DNA of 64,000 nucleotides from Spirulina sp. (GTDB taxonomy: Bacteria; Cyanobacteriota; Cyanobacteriia; Phormidesmidales; Phormidesmidaceae): the NCBI GenBank assembly GCA_044070495.1, contig JBIPSI010000003.1, positions 173,894 to 237,893 of the forward strand, in the 5' to 3' direction. Under the pieces are notes generated by a model. That model saw nothing but the letters and a program-made list of their open reading frames with translations, was not told the origin of the DNA and ran no database searches. Positions 22,378 to 32,463 of this stretch are shown piece after piece; position 1 is the stretch's first letter, and the number at the start of each line of letters is the position of its first letter. Made by a program: the position numbers and the translations under genes.

Positions 22378-23643
22378 ATGGCTCAAGCATCGTCTCCCCA
22401 GGCCGCAGCGGGTGGTTCCGGGGCTAGTGACTCCCCCCGCCGGACGCCCAAGCTGGTCATGGCCTTGCCCCTGGTGGTGCTGCTGCTGGCTGGAGCGGTG
22501 GGGTTGCGGTATTGGCTCACCCCTGCCGATGACTCGGTGATTGCCCTCAGTGGCCGCATTGAAGCCGACGAGACCAACCTGGGGGCCAAGGTGGGCGGGC
22601 GCATTTTAGAGGTCACCGTGCGGGAGGGGGATACGGTGGCGGTGGGCCAAGTGGTGGCCCGTTTGGATGATGCCGCCCTTCAGGCGCAGTTGGCGGCGGC
22701 CCAGGCCCAGGTGGCGGCGGCTCAGCAGCAGGTGAACCAGGCCCAGCTTCAGGTGTCGGTGGTAGAAAGCCAGATTCAAGAGGCCCAGATCACCCGACAA
22801 CAGGCGGAAGGGGATACGGCGGGGCGGGTGAGTCAGGCAACAGCGCAGTTGGCCGCAGCCCAGGCCCAACTGTCCGAAACCCAGGCCAGGGTGCAAGAAA
22901 CCCAAGCCACCCTCGCCCAGGCCCAGGCCGACCGCAACCGTCTGGCGATCCTGGCCGATCAGGGGGCCATCCCCCAGCAGCAGTTTGACCAGATTCAAAC
23001 CCTGGTGGCCACCACCCAAGAAACCCTGAAGGCCCGCCAATCCGCCGCCGCCGCCGCCCAGCAGCAGGTGATTGCCGCCCAAGGAGCCTTAACCCAGACC
23101 CAAACCACCCAGCTCAACCCCGACCTGCGTACCGCCCAGATTCAGCGGCTGCAAACCCAGCAGAACCAGGCCCGTGCCCAACTCGCAGGGGCCGAAGCCA
23201 ACCTCCAACAGGCCCAGGCCGCCCAGGCCGAGGTGGAGGCCCGCCGGGACGACCTCACCATCACCAGCCCCATTGCCGGGGTGGTGAGTACGCGCTTGGT
23301 GGAACCGGGGGAGGTGATTGCACCGGGGGCGCGGGTGCTGACCCTGGTGAATTTGGATGCGGTGTACCTGCGGGGCTTCATTCCCCAGGGGGAGGTGGGT
23401 CGGGTGCGGGTGGGGCAGGCGGCGCAGGTCTTTTTAGATTCGGCCCCGGATCAGCCCCTCGCGGCCAGGGTCACAGCGGTGGATACTGAGGCCTCCTTTA
23501 CCCCGGAGAATATCTACTTCCGCGACGACCGAGTGACCCAGGTGTTTGGGCTGCGGCTGACCATTGACCAGCCGGGGGGCTTTGCTAAGCCGGGGATGCC
23601 CGCCGACGGGGAAATTTTGTTGGATGACGGGGCAACGCCATGA
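22378..23643 (+). CDS. HlyD-family periplasmic adaptor
   Basis: N-terminal TM, SGRIE, Q/A-rich coiled coil, FTPENI and KPGMPA motifs. Confidence 0.93.
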   Translation: MAQASSPQAAAGGSGASDSPRRTPKLVMALPLVVLLLAGAVGLRYWLTPADDSVIALSGRIEADETNLGAKVGGRILEVTVREGDTVAVGQVVARLDDAALQAQLAAAQAQVAAAQQQVNQAQLQVSVVESQIQEAQITRQQAEGDTAGRVSQATAQLAAAQAQLSETQARVQETQATLAQAQADRNRLAILADQGAIPQQQFDQIQTLVATTQETLKARQSAAAAAQQQVIAAQGALTQTQTTQLNPDLRTAQIQRLQTQQNQARAQLAGAEANLQQAQAAQAEVEARRDDLTITSPIAGVVSTRLVEPGEVIAPGARVLTLVNLDAVYLRGFIPQGEVGRVRVGQAAQVFLDSAPDQPLAARVTAVDTEASFTPENIYFRDDRVTQVFGLRLTIDQPGGFAKPGMPADGEILLDDGATP

Positions 23644-25844
23644 CTCGGAATCTGGCCCCCCTTGCAGAGGCGGCGGTTGTGGTGCAATCCCTCAGCAAGC
23701 GCTACGGCACCGTCGAGGCCCTCAAGGGGATTACCTTTGCGGTGTCTCCGGGGGAAATCTTTGGCCTGATTGGCCCCGATGGCGCGGGCAAAACCACCAC
23801 CTTTCAAATTCTGGCGGGGGTGATGGCGGCCACTGCCGGGGAAGTGCGGGTGTTGGGCACCGATCCGCGTTTGGCCCGATTGAACCTGGGCTATGTGACC
23901 CAGAAATTTTCCCTCTATCCCGACCTCAGCATTCTGGAGAACCTACGCTACAGTGCCGGGTTGCGGCGGGTGCCAGAGGCGCGGTTTTCGGCACGATCCG
24001 AGGAATTGCTGGAGCGGGTAGGGCTAGATGGGTTTCGCCATCGCCTAGCGGGGCAGCTCTCTGGCGGCATGAAGCAAAAGCTGGCCCTCTGCTGTGCCCT
24101 GGTGTCGGGGCCAAAAATTCTGCTGCTGGATGAACCCACCACCGGGGTAGATCCCGTCTCTCGGCGGGAGTTTTGGGATTTGCTGGCGGCAGTGGCGGCG
24201 GAGGGCGTAACCGTGATCGCCGCCACCCCCTACCTCGACGAGGCGGAACGCTGCCACCGCATCGCCCTAATCTACGCGGGCGAGATTCAGGAGATGGGCA
24301 CCCTGCAAGCCCTGCGCGACAACCTCGGACTGCGGCGCATTGAGGTGTGGGCCGAGCCGCTGGATCGGGCGGAGGCGGTGCTATACCAGCGGTTGAGTGG
24401 CCCTCACCCTAGCCCTCTCCCTGGGGGAGAGGGGACTGGAGGGATCCCCCCTGCCCCCCTTCGTAAGGGGGGTGGTACAGACTGGGGGGCTGAGCGTCCG
24501 ATGAATGGGATTCCCGCGCATGGGAGTCCCACAAATGAAAGTTCTATAAATGGAACTTCCATTGAAAAGAAAGCTGTAACGGCGGGGAACTCAACCCAAG
24601 CGATTGTGGATATTCAGACCTTTGGGGATCGGCTGGATGTGATGGTGACCGATGCGGCCCAAGGAGAGCAGCAGATTCGTGCTCTGTTGGCCCGTCACAA
24701 TGTGCCCCTCAGCGGCCTGCGGCTGGATGAACCGACCCTAGAAAATGTGTTTGTCAACCGTCTGCGCCAACAGGGCCTAGATCCGGCCTACCTGGCGTTT
24801 CCGGCCCACCGTTCGGGCAAGGAAGCGGGGGGTGTGGCCCTAGCGACTCGCCAGTTGCAGAAAACCTTTGGCAACTTCCAGGCGGTGCGGGGGGTGGATA
24901 TTACCGTCCACTACGGCGAAATTTACGGCCTGTTGGGGGCGAATGGGGCGGGCAAAACCACGGTGATTAAGATGCTGTGCGGCCTGCTTCCCCCCAGCGG
25001 CGGCACGGTAGAACTGGCGGGGGAAACCAGCCAACTCAACCGTTCGGAAGTGCGCTCCCGGATTGGCTACATGAGCCAAAAATTCACCCTCTACGACGAC
25101 CTCACCATTCGCCAAAACCTAGAGTTTTACTGCGGCGTCTACGGTGTGCCCAAGCGGTTGCAGCGCGACAAAATCGACTGGGTGCTAGAAACCTGCGGCC
25201 TCACAGGGCAAGATCATCGGCTAACGGGTAGCCTGCCGGGGGGCTGGAAGCAGCGAGTATCCTTTGGGGCCTCGGTGATGCACGAACCCGACCTGCTGTT
25301 CCTCGACGAACCCACCTCCGGCGTAGACCCCCTGGCGCGGCGACAGTTTTGGCGGCTGATTCGCGACTTTGCCCAGCGCGGCACTGCCATCCTCGTCACC
25401 ACCCACTATTTAGAGGAGGCCGAAAACTGCAACACCATGGCCTTTATGGTGGCCGGATCCATCGTGGCCCAGGGGTCGCCCAGCGCCATCAAAACCAGCC
25501 AGCCCGGTCAGTTGGTCGAACTGCTGACGGATCAAACCCAGGCCGCCTCAAACCTGCTGAAGGCACGGCTGGATTCCTGGCGAGTGTCGATTTTTGGAGA
25601 TCGGCTGCACCTTGTCCTCGATGATCCCGACCGGGATATGGCCACCGTGCAGGGGTGGCTGCGGGATGCTGAGATTCCTGTATTGTCCATGCGCCCCATT
25701 CCCTTTTCCCTGGAGGATGCGTTCATCGGCATCGTGCAGCGGGCGGAAACGGCTCAGCGGACGGACAGCCTTCAGCAGACAGAATCAGTCCAGCGAACGG
25801 ACAGCGTCCAGTGGACAGAATCAGTCCCACGGGAGGGATCATGA
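23640..25844 (+). CDS. Dual-domain ABC ATP-binding protein (YbhF-like) with repeat-derived insertion
   Basis: Two Walker A motifs (GPDGAGKTT, GANGAGKTT), LSGGMKQ and DEPT. Confidence 0.94.
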   Translation: MTRNLAPLAEAAVVVQSLSKRYGTVEALKGITFAVSPGEIFGLIGPDGAGKTTTFQILAGVMAATAGEVRVLGTDPRLARLNLGYVTQKFSLYPDLSILENLRYSAGLRRVPEARFSARSEELLERVGLDGFRHRLAGQLSGGMKQKLALCCALVSGPKILLLDEPTTGVDPVSRREFWDLLAAVAAEGVTVIAATPYLDEAERCHRIALIYAGEIQEMGTLQALRDNLGLRRIEVWAEPLDRAEAVLYQRLSGPHPSPLPGGEGTGGIPPAPLRKGGGTDWGAERPMNGIPAHGSPTNESSINGTSIEKKAVTAGNSTQAIVDIQTFGDRLDVMVTDAAQGEQQIRALLARHNVPLSGLRLDEPTLENVFVNRLRQQGLDPAYLAFPAHRSGKEAGGVALATRQLQKTFGNFQAVRGVDITVHYGEIYGLLGANGAGKTTVIKMLCGLLPPSGGTVELAGETSQLNRSEVRSRIGYMSQKFTLYDDLTIRQNLEFYCGVYGVPKRLQRDKIDWVLETCGLTGQDHRLTGSLPGGWKQRVSFGASVMHEPDLLFLDEPTSGVDPLARRQFWRLIRDFAQRGTAILVTTHYLEEAENCNTMAFMVAGSIVAQGSPSAIKTSQPGQLVELLTDQTQAASNLLKARLDSWRVSIFGDRLHLVLDDPDRDMATVQGWLRDAEIPVLSMRPIPFSLEDAFIGIVQRAETAQRTDSLQQTESVQRTDSVQWTESVPREGS
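24400..24472 (+). repeat. Palindromic repeat composite translated in frame within the ABC ATPase
   Basis: GCCCTCACCCTAGCCCTCTCCCTGGGGGAGAGGGG..GATCCCCCCTGCCCCCCTTCGTAAGGGGGG; same two modules as 10700-10760. Confidence 0.85.
25737..25826 (+). repeat. 5 x 18-bp coding tandem repeat (Q-R/Q/W-T-D/E-S-V)
   Basis: QRAETA QRTDSL QQTESV QRTDSV QWTESV. Confidence 0.8.
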
Positions 25845-26950
25845 AGCGCGTTCTGGCCCAAGCCTGGAAGGAACTCAACCAGTTTCGCCGAGATCGCCTG
25901 ACGGTGGCCCTGGCCTTTGTGCTGCCCCTAGCGGTGATGCTGATCTACGGCTACGCCATTCGCCTAGAGGCCAAAAACATTCCCCTCAGCATCCAAGACT
26001 TTGACCACAGTGGCCTCAGTCGCGCCTACGTGGAGCGGTTGTTTGCCACCAACCAGTTTGTCTTCGCGCCCATGCCGGGGCCAGACCCCACCGCCGCCCT
26101 CGATCTCGGCACCGCCAAGGCCACGGTGATTATTCCGCCCAACTTCGAGCGTCAGGTGGCCCAGGGCCAGACGGTCACGGTGCAGGCGTTGATCGACGGC
26201 ACCGACGTGAACAATGCCCGCGTCATTCAAAACAGCCTGCGGGCCACCACCCAGTTCTTTCTCCGCAGCCAAAATCTCATCCCCGACGAGGCCCGATCCC
26301 CCATTCAGCCCCAGGTGCGCCTGTGGTTCAACCCCGGTCGCCGCGAAGCCCTCTACATCGTCCCCGGTATTTTTGGGGTGATTCTCTGGGTGTTTCCCTC
26401 CATGCTGTCCGCCATTGCCCTGGTGCGTGAAAAGGAACAGGGCACCCTGGTGCAGGTCTACGCCTCCGACCTCAGCGCCGTGGAATGGCTGCTGGGTAAG
26501 GAACTGGCCTACCTGCTGGTGGGTCTGGGCGAAACGCTGGTGGTCGTCACCGTGGCCATGGTGCTGTTTGGTCTGCGTCTCCAAGGCGACCCCACCCCGC
26601 TGCTGCTGGGGCTGGTGATTTACCTGGCGGCGGCGGTGGCCTTTGGCCTACTGGTTGGGGCGAGGGCGGGCAACCAAACCGGAGCCGTGCAGGGCACCGC
26701 CATTGTGGGCTTTCTCACCGCTTTGCTGCTCTCCGGTTTTATCTACCGCCTAGAGAATGTGCCCTTCCCCCTGTCGCTGCTGTCGAATGTGATTCCGGCC
26801 CGCTACTTCATCGTCATCACCCGCGATGCCTTTGTGCGCGGCACGGGCTGGGCCGGGGTTTGGTATGCGCCCTTGGCCATCGCCCTACTCGGTGGATTTT
26901 TCTTTCGCACCGCCACTCGCATCCTCCACCGGATGCAGTTTCGAGATTAG
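25841..26950 (+). CDS. ABC-2 permease (YbhS-like)
   Basis: KE..QFRRD, REKEQGT and LLSGFIY motifs. Confidence 0.92.
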   Translation: MKRVLAQAWKELNQFRRDRLTVALAFVLPLAVMLIYGYAIRLEAKNIPLSIQDFDHSGLSRAYVERLFATNQFVFAPMPGPDPTAALDLGTAKATVIIPPNFERQVAQGQTVTVQALIDGTDVNNARVIQNSLRATTQFFLRSQNLIPDEARSPIQPQVRLWFNPGRREALYIVPGIFGVILWVFPSMLSAIALVREKEQGTLVQVYASDLSAVEWLLGKELAYLLVGLGETLVVVTVAMVLFGLRLQGDPTPLLLGLVIYLAAAVAFGLLVGARAGNQTGAVQGTAIVGFLTALLLSGFIYRLENVPFPLSLLSNVIPARYFIVITRDAFVRGTGWAGVWYAPLAIALLGGFFFRTATRILHRMQFRD

Positions 26951-26967
26951 AGCCTTCCCTTATCCCC

Positions 26968-28089
26968 ATGCCCATGCCCTTCCCTCGCCTCTGGCCCCTC
27001 ATGCTCAAAGAAATCCGCCAGATTCTCAAAAATCGGCAGATTATCTTTTTGCTGTTGTTCCCACCCACGGTGCAGCTTTTGGTGTTTGGGCTGGCCCTCA
27101 ACCCTGCCGTTAACCACCTCAGTTTGGGCGTGGTGGACTACAACCCCAGCCTTGCCAGCCGCGATTTTGTCGCTGCCCTGGTGGCCAACGATGTGTTTGA
27201 AATTCAGTCCTTTCAGCCCAGCACCGCCGACCTAGGGCAGCAGGTACGCACAGGCCACATTTCCACCGGGCTGGTGATTCCGCCGGAGTTTGCCGAGCGG
27301 CTGGCGGCGGGGCAGCAGGTGGATGTGCAGGTGCTGATCGACGGGGTGGATGCCAACACAGCGGGCATTGCCAGGGGCTACATGGGGCAGATGATCACCC
27401 GCTACGGCCAAAGCCTGCGGCAGCAAGCAGGGCAGGCCCTAGACCCGCCCGTGGAGACAGCGGTACGGTTTTTGTACAATCCGGGGCTGCTCAGCAGTTG
27501 GTTCTTTGTGCCGGGGGTGATCGGCGTGGTGCTGACGCTGACCGGATCGCTGGTGTCCTCTACCACAGTAATCCGTGAAAAAGACGTGGGCACCCTAGAG
27601 CAATTGTTGATGACCCCGGCCCAGGGCTGGGAGATTTTGACCGCCAAAATTGCACCGCTGTTTGTGCTGCTAATGGGAGATTTACTGCTGGCATCGGCCC
27701 TGGCGCGTCTGGTGTTTGGTCTACCCTTTCGCGGCAGTTACCCGCTGTTTTTGGCCCTGTCGGGGATGTACATCTTTGTGGCCATTAGCCTAGGCATTTT
27801 GCTCGCCACCCTAGCCCGCACCCAGCAACAGGTGGTGCTGCTCTCCTTCTTTTTCAACGTGCCGCTGATTCAGCTTTCGGGGGCTATCGCCCCCATCGAA
27901 AGTATGCCAACCTTTTTTCGGGTGCTGTCGTTTTTTAACCCCCTGCGACACTACGTCACCATTGCCCGCAGCCTTATTCTCAAGGGGGTTAGCGTCCAAG
28001 TGCTGCTACCGGAAATTGCGACGCTGTTAGCTTTTGCGGTGATACTCATGGGCCTCAGCATCTACCGTTTTCGGGCACAGATCAACTGA
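26968..28089 (+). CDS. ABC-2 permease (YbhR-like)
   Basis: KEIRQ, REKDVGTLEQLLMTP and PIESMP motifs. Confidence 0.92.
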   Translation: MPMPFPRLWPLMLKEIRQILKNRQIIFLLLFPPTVQLLVFGLALNPAVNHLSLGVVDYNPSLASRDFVAALVANDVFEIQSFQPSTADLGQQVRTGHISTGLVIPPEFAERLAAGQQVDVQVLIDGVDANTAGIARGYMGQMITRYGQSLRQQAGQALDPPVETAVRFLYNPGLLSSWFFVPGVIGVVLTLTGSLVSSTTVIREKDVGTLEQLLMTPAQGWEILTAKIAPLFVLLMGDLLLASALARLVFGLPFRGSYPLFLALSGMYIFVAISLGILLATLARTQQQVVLLSFFFNVPLIQLSGAIAPIESMPTFFRVLSFFNPLRHYVTIARSLILKGVSVQVLLPEIATLLAFAVILMGLSIYRFRAQIN

Positions 28090-28097
28090 GATCGATA

Positions 28098-28190
28098 TAG
28101 CAGTTCTTTGATTGACGAGGTATACCTATTAGCCTACAAGCAAGGGACTTAAGCATTTTGCCTGTGTCATAATCTTACTGAAATCCGCTG
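28098..28190. mobile_element. Possible degenerate IS630-like MITE flanked by TA
   Basis: TA|TAGCAGTT ... AATCCGCTG|TA weak TIRs; internal CAAGGGACTTAAG shared with 35718-35737. Confidence 0.35.
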
Positions 28191-28201
28191 TAAAGCTTTG
28201 G

Positions 28202-28441
28202 CTACTGATAGAAATACGGAAAAAGTTCTGTTTCTGGAATATAGCGACAAGCCTGCCTATAAATTGCTCGACAGGTTCCTGTATCTAGCTCTCTATGATT
28301 AGGAATTGTGAGTGTTTCTTTGCCTGTCTCACTGACTCGACGCAATTTGATATGGCTCCCTCGTTGGCTGTAGACCTGAAAGCCAAACTGCTCCAGAATG
28401 TCAACAACGTCTACCCCGGATAGGCGTTTAAGCTTAGGCAT
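28202..28441 (-). CDS. hicA: HicA-family mRNA interferase toxin
   Basis: L...GF....RGSH.KL and TIPNH.EL.GT motifs. Confidence 0.9.
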   Translation of the reverse strand: MPKLKRLSGVDVVDILEQFGFQVYSQRGSHIKLRRVSETGKETLTIPNHRELDTGTCRAIYRQACRYIPETELFPYFYQ

Positions 28442-28667
28442 AGATAGGTTGCAACTCAAAGGTCACTAAAACTGAAGGATTCGCGACCACCCCAAACTCT
28501 GCCGGATCTTCACCTTCCAGATGGAGCGCAATGGCTTCTTTCAGGTTTCTGACAACCTCATCTAGGGTTTCGCCTTGGGTAACAACTGAAATTTCTAAGC
28601 ATTCAGCAATGTAGCCGCTTTGCTCTCCCGGACGAATAAAGGACTTAATGGTTTGTTGTAATTGCAT
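28434..28667 (-). CDS. hicB: HicB-family antitoxin (short form)
   Basis: GYIAEC...VVTQGETLDEV..NLKEAIALHLE; overlaps the hicA start. Confidence 0.88.
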   Translation of the reverse strand: MQLQQTIKSFIRPGEQSGYIAECLEISVVTQGETLDEVVRNLKEAIALHLEGEDPAEFGVVANPSVLVTFELQPIYA

Positions 28668-28761
28668 AATCACAATCCTCACAAAAATAGATGTTTTCTC
28701 AACGGTTTACCCACCTAAAAATATCTGCTCTACTCGCGCTTTTACCTCGACAACAGCACCA

Positions 28762-28885
28762 GTAGGTTGAGTTCTGTTTCACCGCATCTAACATCCGCCA
28801 AGGATTTCGGGTTTGTTAGGTTCTGCTATCGTGCCACCCAACCTAAGAGAGCGCAAGGCTTTTCGATGTTGTGTCAGTCAGCCAG
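28762..28885 (+). mobile_element. 5'-truncated second copy of the REPIN-carrying MITE at 62372-62519
   Basis: gccaaggatttcgggtttgttaggttctgctatcgtgccacccaacct..aaggcttttcg..ttgtgtcagtcagccag aligns with 62431-62519. Confidence 0.85.
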
Positions 28886-28939
28886 CTTGGCATTTATGAT
28901 GCCTCAAAATCTTGGGTCTGTCTTACTCTAGCAAGCCCC

Positions 28940-31900
28940 CTAGGGTGAGATCGGCAGCGACGGGGGCGATGATGACGGTATGGCCCGCGCTTTGGCCGAG
29001 ATCCGGTTTCGGACGACGGCTTTGCGAATTTCTTCTAGCCCCAGCACGATGGGGGGGCAGATTAGCAGCATGACCCACTGGCCGAGGCTGAGCGGTGCGG
29101 TTGAAAAAATAGCCTGGAGGGGGGGCAGTTTGATAATGGCGATAATCAAGATCCACTCGGTGGCGATGCCCAGCCAAATGAGCGGGTTAGAAAACCAGCC
29201 CAGCCGCCAGATCGATACGCGCTCGGAGCGACAGGCAAACACGTTACCGTCTTGGCTAGCGACAATGGCAGCGAGGGTCATGGTGGTGGCTTGAATATAA
29301 ATGGCCAGCACCGGAGCCGTGGCGGAATGGGTGAGCAAATCTGGGGTGACGGCCTGAATCTCGGTGAGGCCATAGCCATAGCTGTGCCACACCCAGAAAA
29401 AGGCGGCCATACCCAGCACCGCTTCGATCACCCCCAGCCAGCAGTAGGCCCGCAGCAGCAGGGCGCGATCCATGAGGGGATGGCTTTTGTGGCGAGGGGG
29501 GCGCAGCATGGTTCCGGCTTCGGCGGTTTCGGCCCCTAGGGCGAGGGCAGGCACCATATCGGTACCCAGGTCGATGGCCAAAATCTGCATAATCACCAGG
29601 GCTGGAGGAATTTTCAGCAGCACCATCAGCAAAAAGGGCATCAACTCGGCCACGTTGGAGGACAGGATGTAGGTGATGAATTTGCGGATGTTTTGGTAGA
29701 CGGTGCGCCCTTCCTCGATGGCCCCGACGATGGTGGCAAAGTTGTCGTCTGTGAGGACGATATCAGCGGCTTCGCGGGCCACATCGGTGCCATTCAGGCC
29801 CATGGCGATGCCAATGTGGGCCGACCGTAGGGCGGGGGCATCGTTGACGCCATCCCCCGTCACTGCCACCACGGCTCCGGTGGCCTTGTAGGCTTCTACC
29901 AGGCGCAGTTTGTGTTCGGGGGCCATGCGGGCAAACACCAGACGAGATCGGTACTTCACCATCTGTTGAAGCTGGGCATCGGAAAGGTGGCCGAGGGTGT
30001 CGCCCGTGATTACCCGTACGGGTTCGTGGGTGGCAGGGTTGGTTTCCACAAGGCCGATTCGCTGGGCAATGGCCTCCGCCGTTAGGCCATAGTCGCCTGT
30101 GACCATGGTGACGCGAATGCCCGCCTGGTGGCACTGGGCAATGGCCTGGGGTACTTCTGGGCGGGGTGGGTCGAACATGGCAACCAGCCCCACGAAGATT
30201 AGCCCCTGTTCCAAATCCTGGGCCTTCATATCCTTGAGGTCGGCGCTGCCGGGACGGATGGCCAGCCCCAACACCCGAAACCCCTGGCGGGCAAAGTGGT
30301 CATTGGCGGCGACCACCTGCTCCCAATCGGCGTGGGTGAGGGGGACGACGGTGCCATCCCGCAAAATGCTTTGGCAGTGGCGAACCACCTCTAGGGGGGC
30401 ACCCTTAGTAATGGCCACCAAATCAGCCGTTTGAGGATTGGTTTGGGATAGGGTGGGTGGCCAGAGGTCTTCGTGGCCATCGAGCACCACCGTCATCATT
30501 CGCCGCCGCGAATCGAAGGGAATCTCCCGCTGGCGGGGGTAGCGCTGCTGCAACACCTCCACATTCAGCCCCGCCTTGGCCGCCGCCACAATCAGGGCCG
30601 CTTCGGTGGGGTCGCCCATTTCCTGCCAGCGGCTAGGGGCTGTGAGGTGGGTGAGCCGCGCATTAGAACAGAGGGCCGCTCCGGTTAGCAGCAGGTTTAC
30701 TTTCCAGGTGAGGGGAGAATCTTGGGGCAAATGCACCTGGCCCACGGTGGGATCGTAGCCTGCCCCGGTGATGCGGATTTGACCGGGCAGCAGTTCCATG
30801 TCATCGTCCTTGAGATGACCGTTGGGGGTCGTTGCCATCAGGGCCGCCTGGGATAGGGCTGCGTTCTGGGACTTATTCAGCGAGGACTCCTTCGGTAAGG
30901 ATTCGCTAAGCGGGGCGTCCTTAGGCGAGGACTCATTTGGCGGGGACTCATTTGGCGGGGACTCATTCGGCAAGAATTCGTTGACTGGAGAGTCCTTGAC
31001 TGGAAAGTCCTCCGGCAGCGGCGGCAACCACAGATGGCGCACGGTCATTTCGTTTTTGGTTAGGGTGCCGGTTTTGTCGGTGCAGATCACGTTCACAGCG
31101 CTCAGGGTTTCCACCGCCGACAGCCGCCGCACCAGGGCATTGCGTCGCACCATGCGCTGCACCCCCATGGCTAGGGAAAGGGTGACGGTGGGCAGCAGCC
31201 CCTCAGGTACCAGGGCCACAATGATGCCAATGGCGAAGATAAAGCTTTCTTTGATCTCCATGCCCACCAGCAGCGAGGTGAGGGCAAAAATCAGCACCCC
31301 CATGGACAGGGCTATGGCGGTAATCACCCGCACGATGTGGTTGACCTGCACCTCTAGGGTGCTGGGTTCACGCACCACCTCGGTAGTAATCCGGGCCACT
31401 TGGCCAAACTCGGTATGGGTGCCCGTTGCATAGACCACTGCCAAGCCCCGCCCAGAGGACACCGTCGCCCCCGCCAGCACCAAGTTGCTGATTTCCGCTG
31501 GGTTGGCCTTTTCAACCTGGGGCTGTTCGCCGGGGCGCTCTAGGGGTTGGCCACCACGCACGGGCAGGGCCACCCGTTGCCTCACGGGGTAGGCATTACG
31601 GGCCACGGGCAAGGATTCTCCCGTCAGCACCGAAATATCCAAATACAGGCTTTCCGCCGTCACCAGACGGGCATCGGCGGGGATGCGATCCCCCTCCTCG
31701 ATCTGGATCGCATCCCCTCGCACCAGTTCCCGCGCCGGAATTTGCACCAGATTCCCACCGCGATAGACCCGCACCAAGTTAGGCAACACATTTTTGAGGG
31801 CCGACAACGCCCGTTCCGCCCGAAATTCTTGCCAAAAGCTGAACACCGCATTAATTAAAATCACCGCCCAAATGGCCCAGCCCAGGGCCGCCGTGTGGGA

Positions 31901-32137
31901 AATAAAGGCTAAGGTGCCCGCCACCCACAGCAGGATCGCCATAAAGTGGGTGAGTTGATCGGTAAACCGCAGCCAGAGCGGACGATGGGCGGGGGCTGGC
32001 AGTTCGTTGGGGCCAAAGCGAGCCAGCCGTTGCTGGGCCTCGTTCTCGTCTAACCCCTGGGGGGAAGACCCTAGGTGGTCGTAAACCGCTTCTGCTGGAA
32101 GCGTCCAGATCGGACGATGGGTCGGTGTCATAGCCAA
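28940..32137 (-). CDS. Cation-transporting P-type ATPase (type II)
   Basis: TGES, VPEGL, DKTGTLT, KGAP, TGD and GDGVND motifs. Confidence 0.97.
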   Translation of the reverse strand: MAMTPTHRPIWTLPAEAVYDHLGSSPQGLDENEAQQRLARFGPNELPAPAHRPLWLRFTDQLTHFMAILLWVAGTLAFISHTAALGWAIWAVILINAVFSFWQEFRAERALSALKNVLPNLVRVYRGGNLVQIPARELVRGDAIQIEEGDRIPADARLVTAESLYLDISVLTGESLPVARNAYPVRQRVALPVRGGQPLERPGEQPQVEKANPAEISNLVLAGATVSSGRGLAVVYATGTHTEFGQVARITTEVVREPSTLEVQVNHIVRVITAIALSMGVLIFALTSLLVGMEIKESFIFAIGIIVALVPEGLLPTVTLSLAMGVQRMVRRNALVRRLSAVETLSAVNVICTDKTGTLTKNEMTVRHLWLPPLPEDFPVKDSPVNEFLPNESPPNESPPNESSPKDAPLSESLPKESSLNKSQNAALSQAALMATTPNGHLKDDDMELLPGQIRITGAGYDPTVGQVHLPQDSPLTWKVNLLLTGAALCSNARLTHLTAPSRWQEMGDPTEAALIVAAAKAGLNVEVLQQRYPRQREIPFDSRRRMMTVVLDGHEDLWPPTLSQTNPQTADLVAITKGAPLEVVRHCQSILRDGTVVPLTHADWEQVVAANDHFARQGFRVLGLAIRPGSADLKDMKAQDLEQGLIFVGLVAMFDPPRPEVPQAIAQCHQAGIRVTMVTGDYGLTAEAIAQRIGLVETNPATHEPVRVITGDTLGHLSDAQLQQMVKYRSRLVFARMAPEHKLRLVEAYKATGAVVAVTGDGVNDAPALRSAHIGIAMGLNGTDVAREAADIVLTDDNFATIVGAIEEGRTVYQNIRKFITYILSSNVAELMPFLLMVLLKIPPALVIMQILAIDLGTDMVPALALGAETAEAGTMLRPPRHKSHPLMDRALLLRAYCWLGVIEAVLGMAAFFWVWHSYGYGLTEIQAVTPDLLTHSATAPVLAIYIQATTMTLAAIVASQDGNVFACRSERVSIWRLGWFSNPLIWLGIATEWILIIAIIKLPPLQAIFSTAPLSLGQWVMLLICPPIVLGLEEIRKAVVRNRISAKARAIPSSSPPSLPISP
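30871..31015 (-). repeat. About 9 x 15-bp coding tandem repeat in the P-type ATPase
   Basis: PVKDS PVNEF LPNES PPNES PPNES SPKDA PLSES LPKES SLNKS. Confidence 0.85.
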
Positions 32138-32463
32138 GCCTTCGCGCAGGATGAAGCGAAACCGTTGAATGAGCTAGGCTGAAGGTCTAGGGGGAAAGGA
32201 TAGGCCGGAGCTAGGCCGTGAGGGGTCGAGGGATATCCGGATGATTACAATTCTTGCAAACGCAACGGGGTCGTGGGCTGGTCTGCAACCTATCGTTATC
32301 TTGGTAGGGTAGGGGCTTAGCATCTCAGCGCCTTGGGGGATCAGCCTCCTGGAACCCGTGAAGTTCTGTGGTTCCCGTTGGCTGCCAAGGCTTGGTGGGT
32401 GACAATCTCTACGGCAAAATCAGGATAGTCACAATCCGTTCGCCACCTATTGTCGGTACTTCT

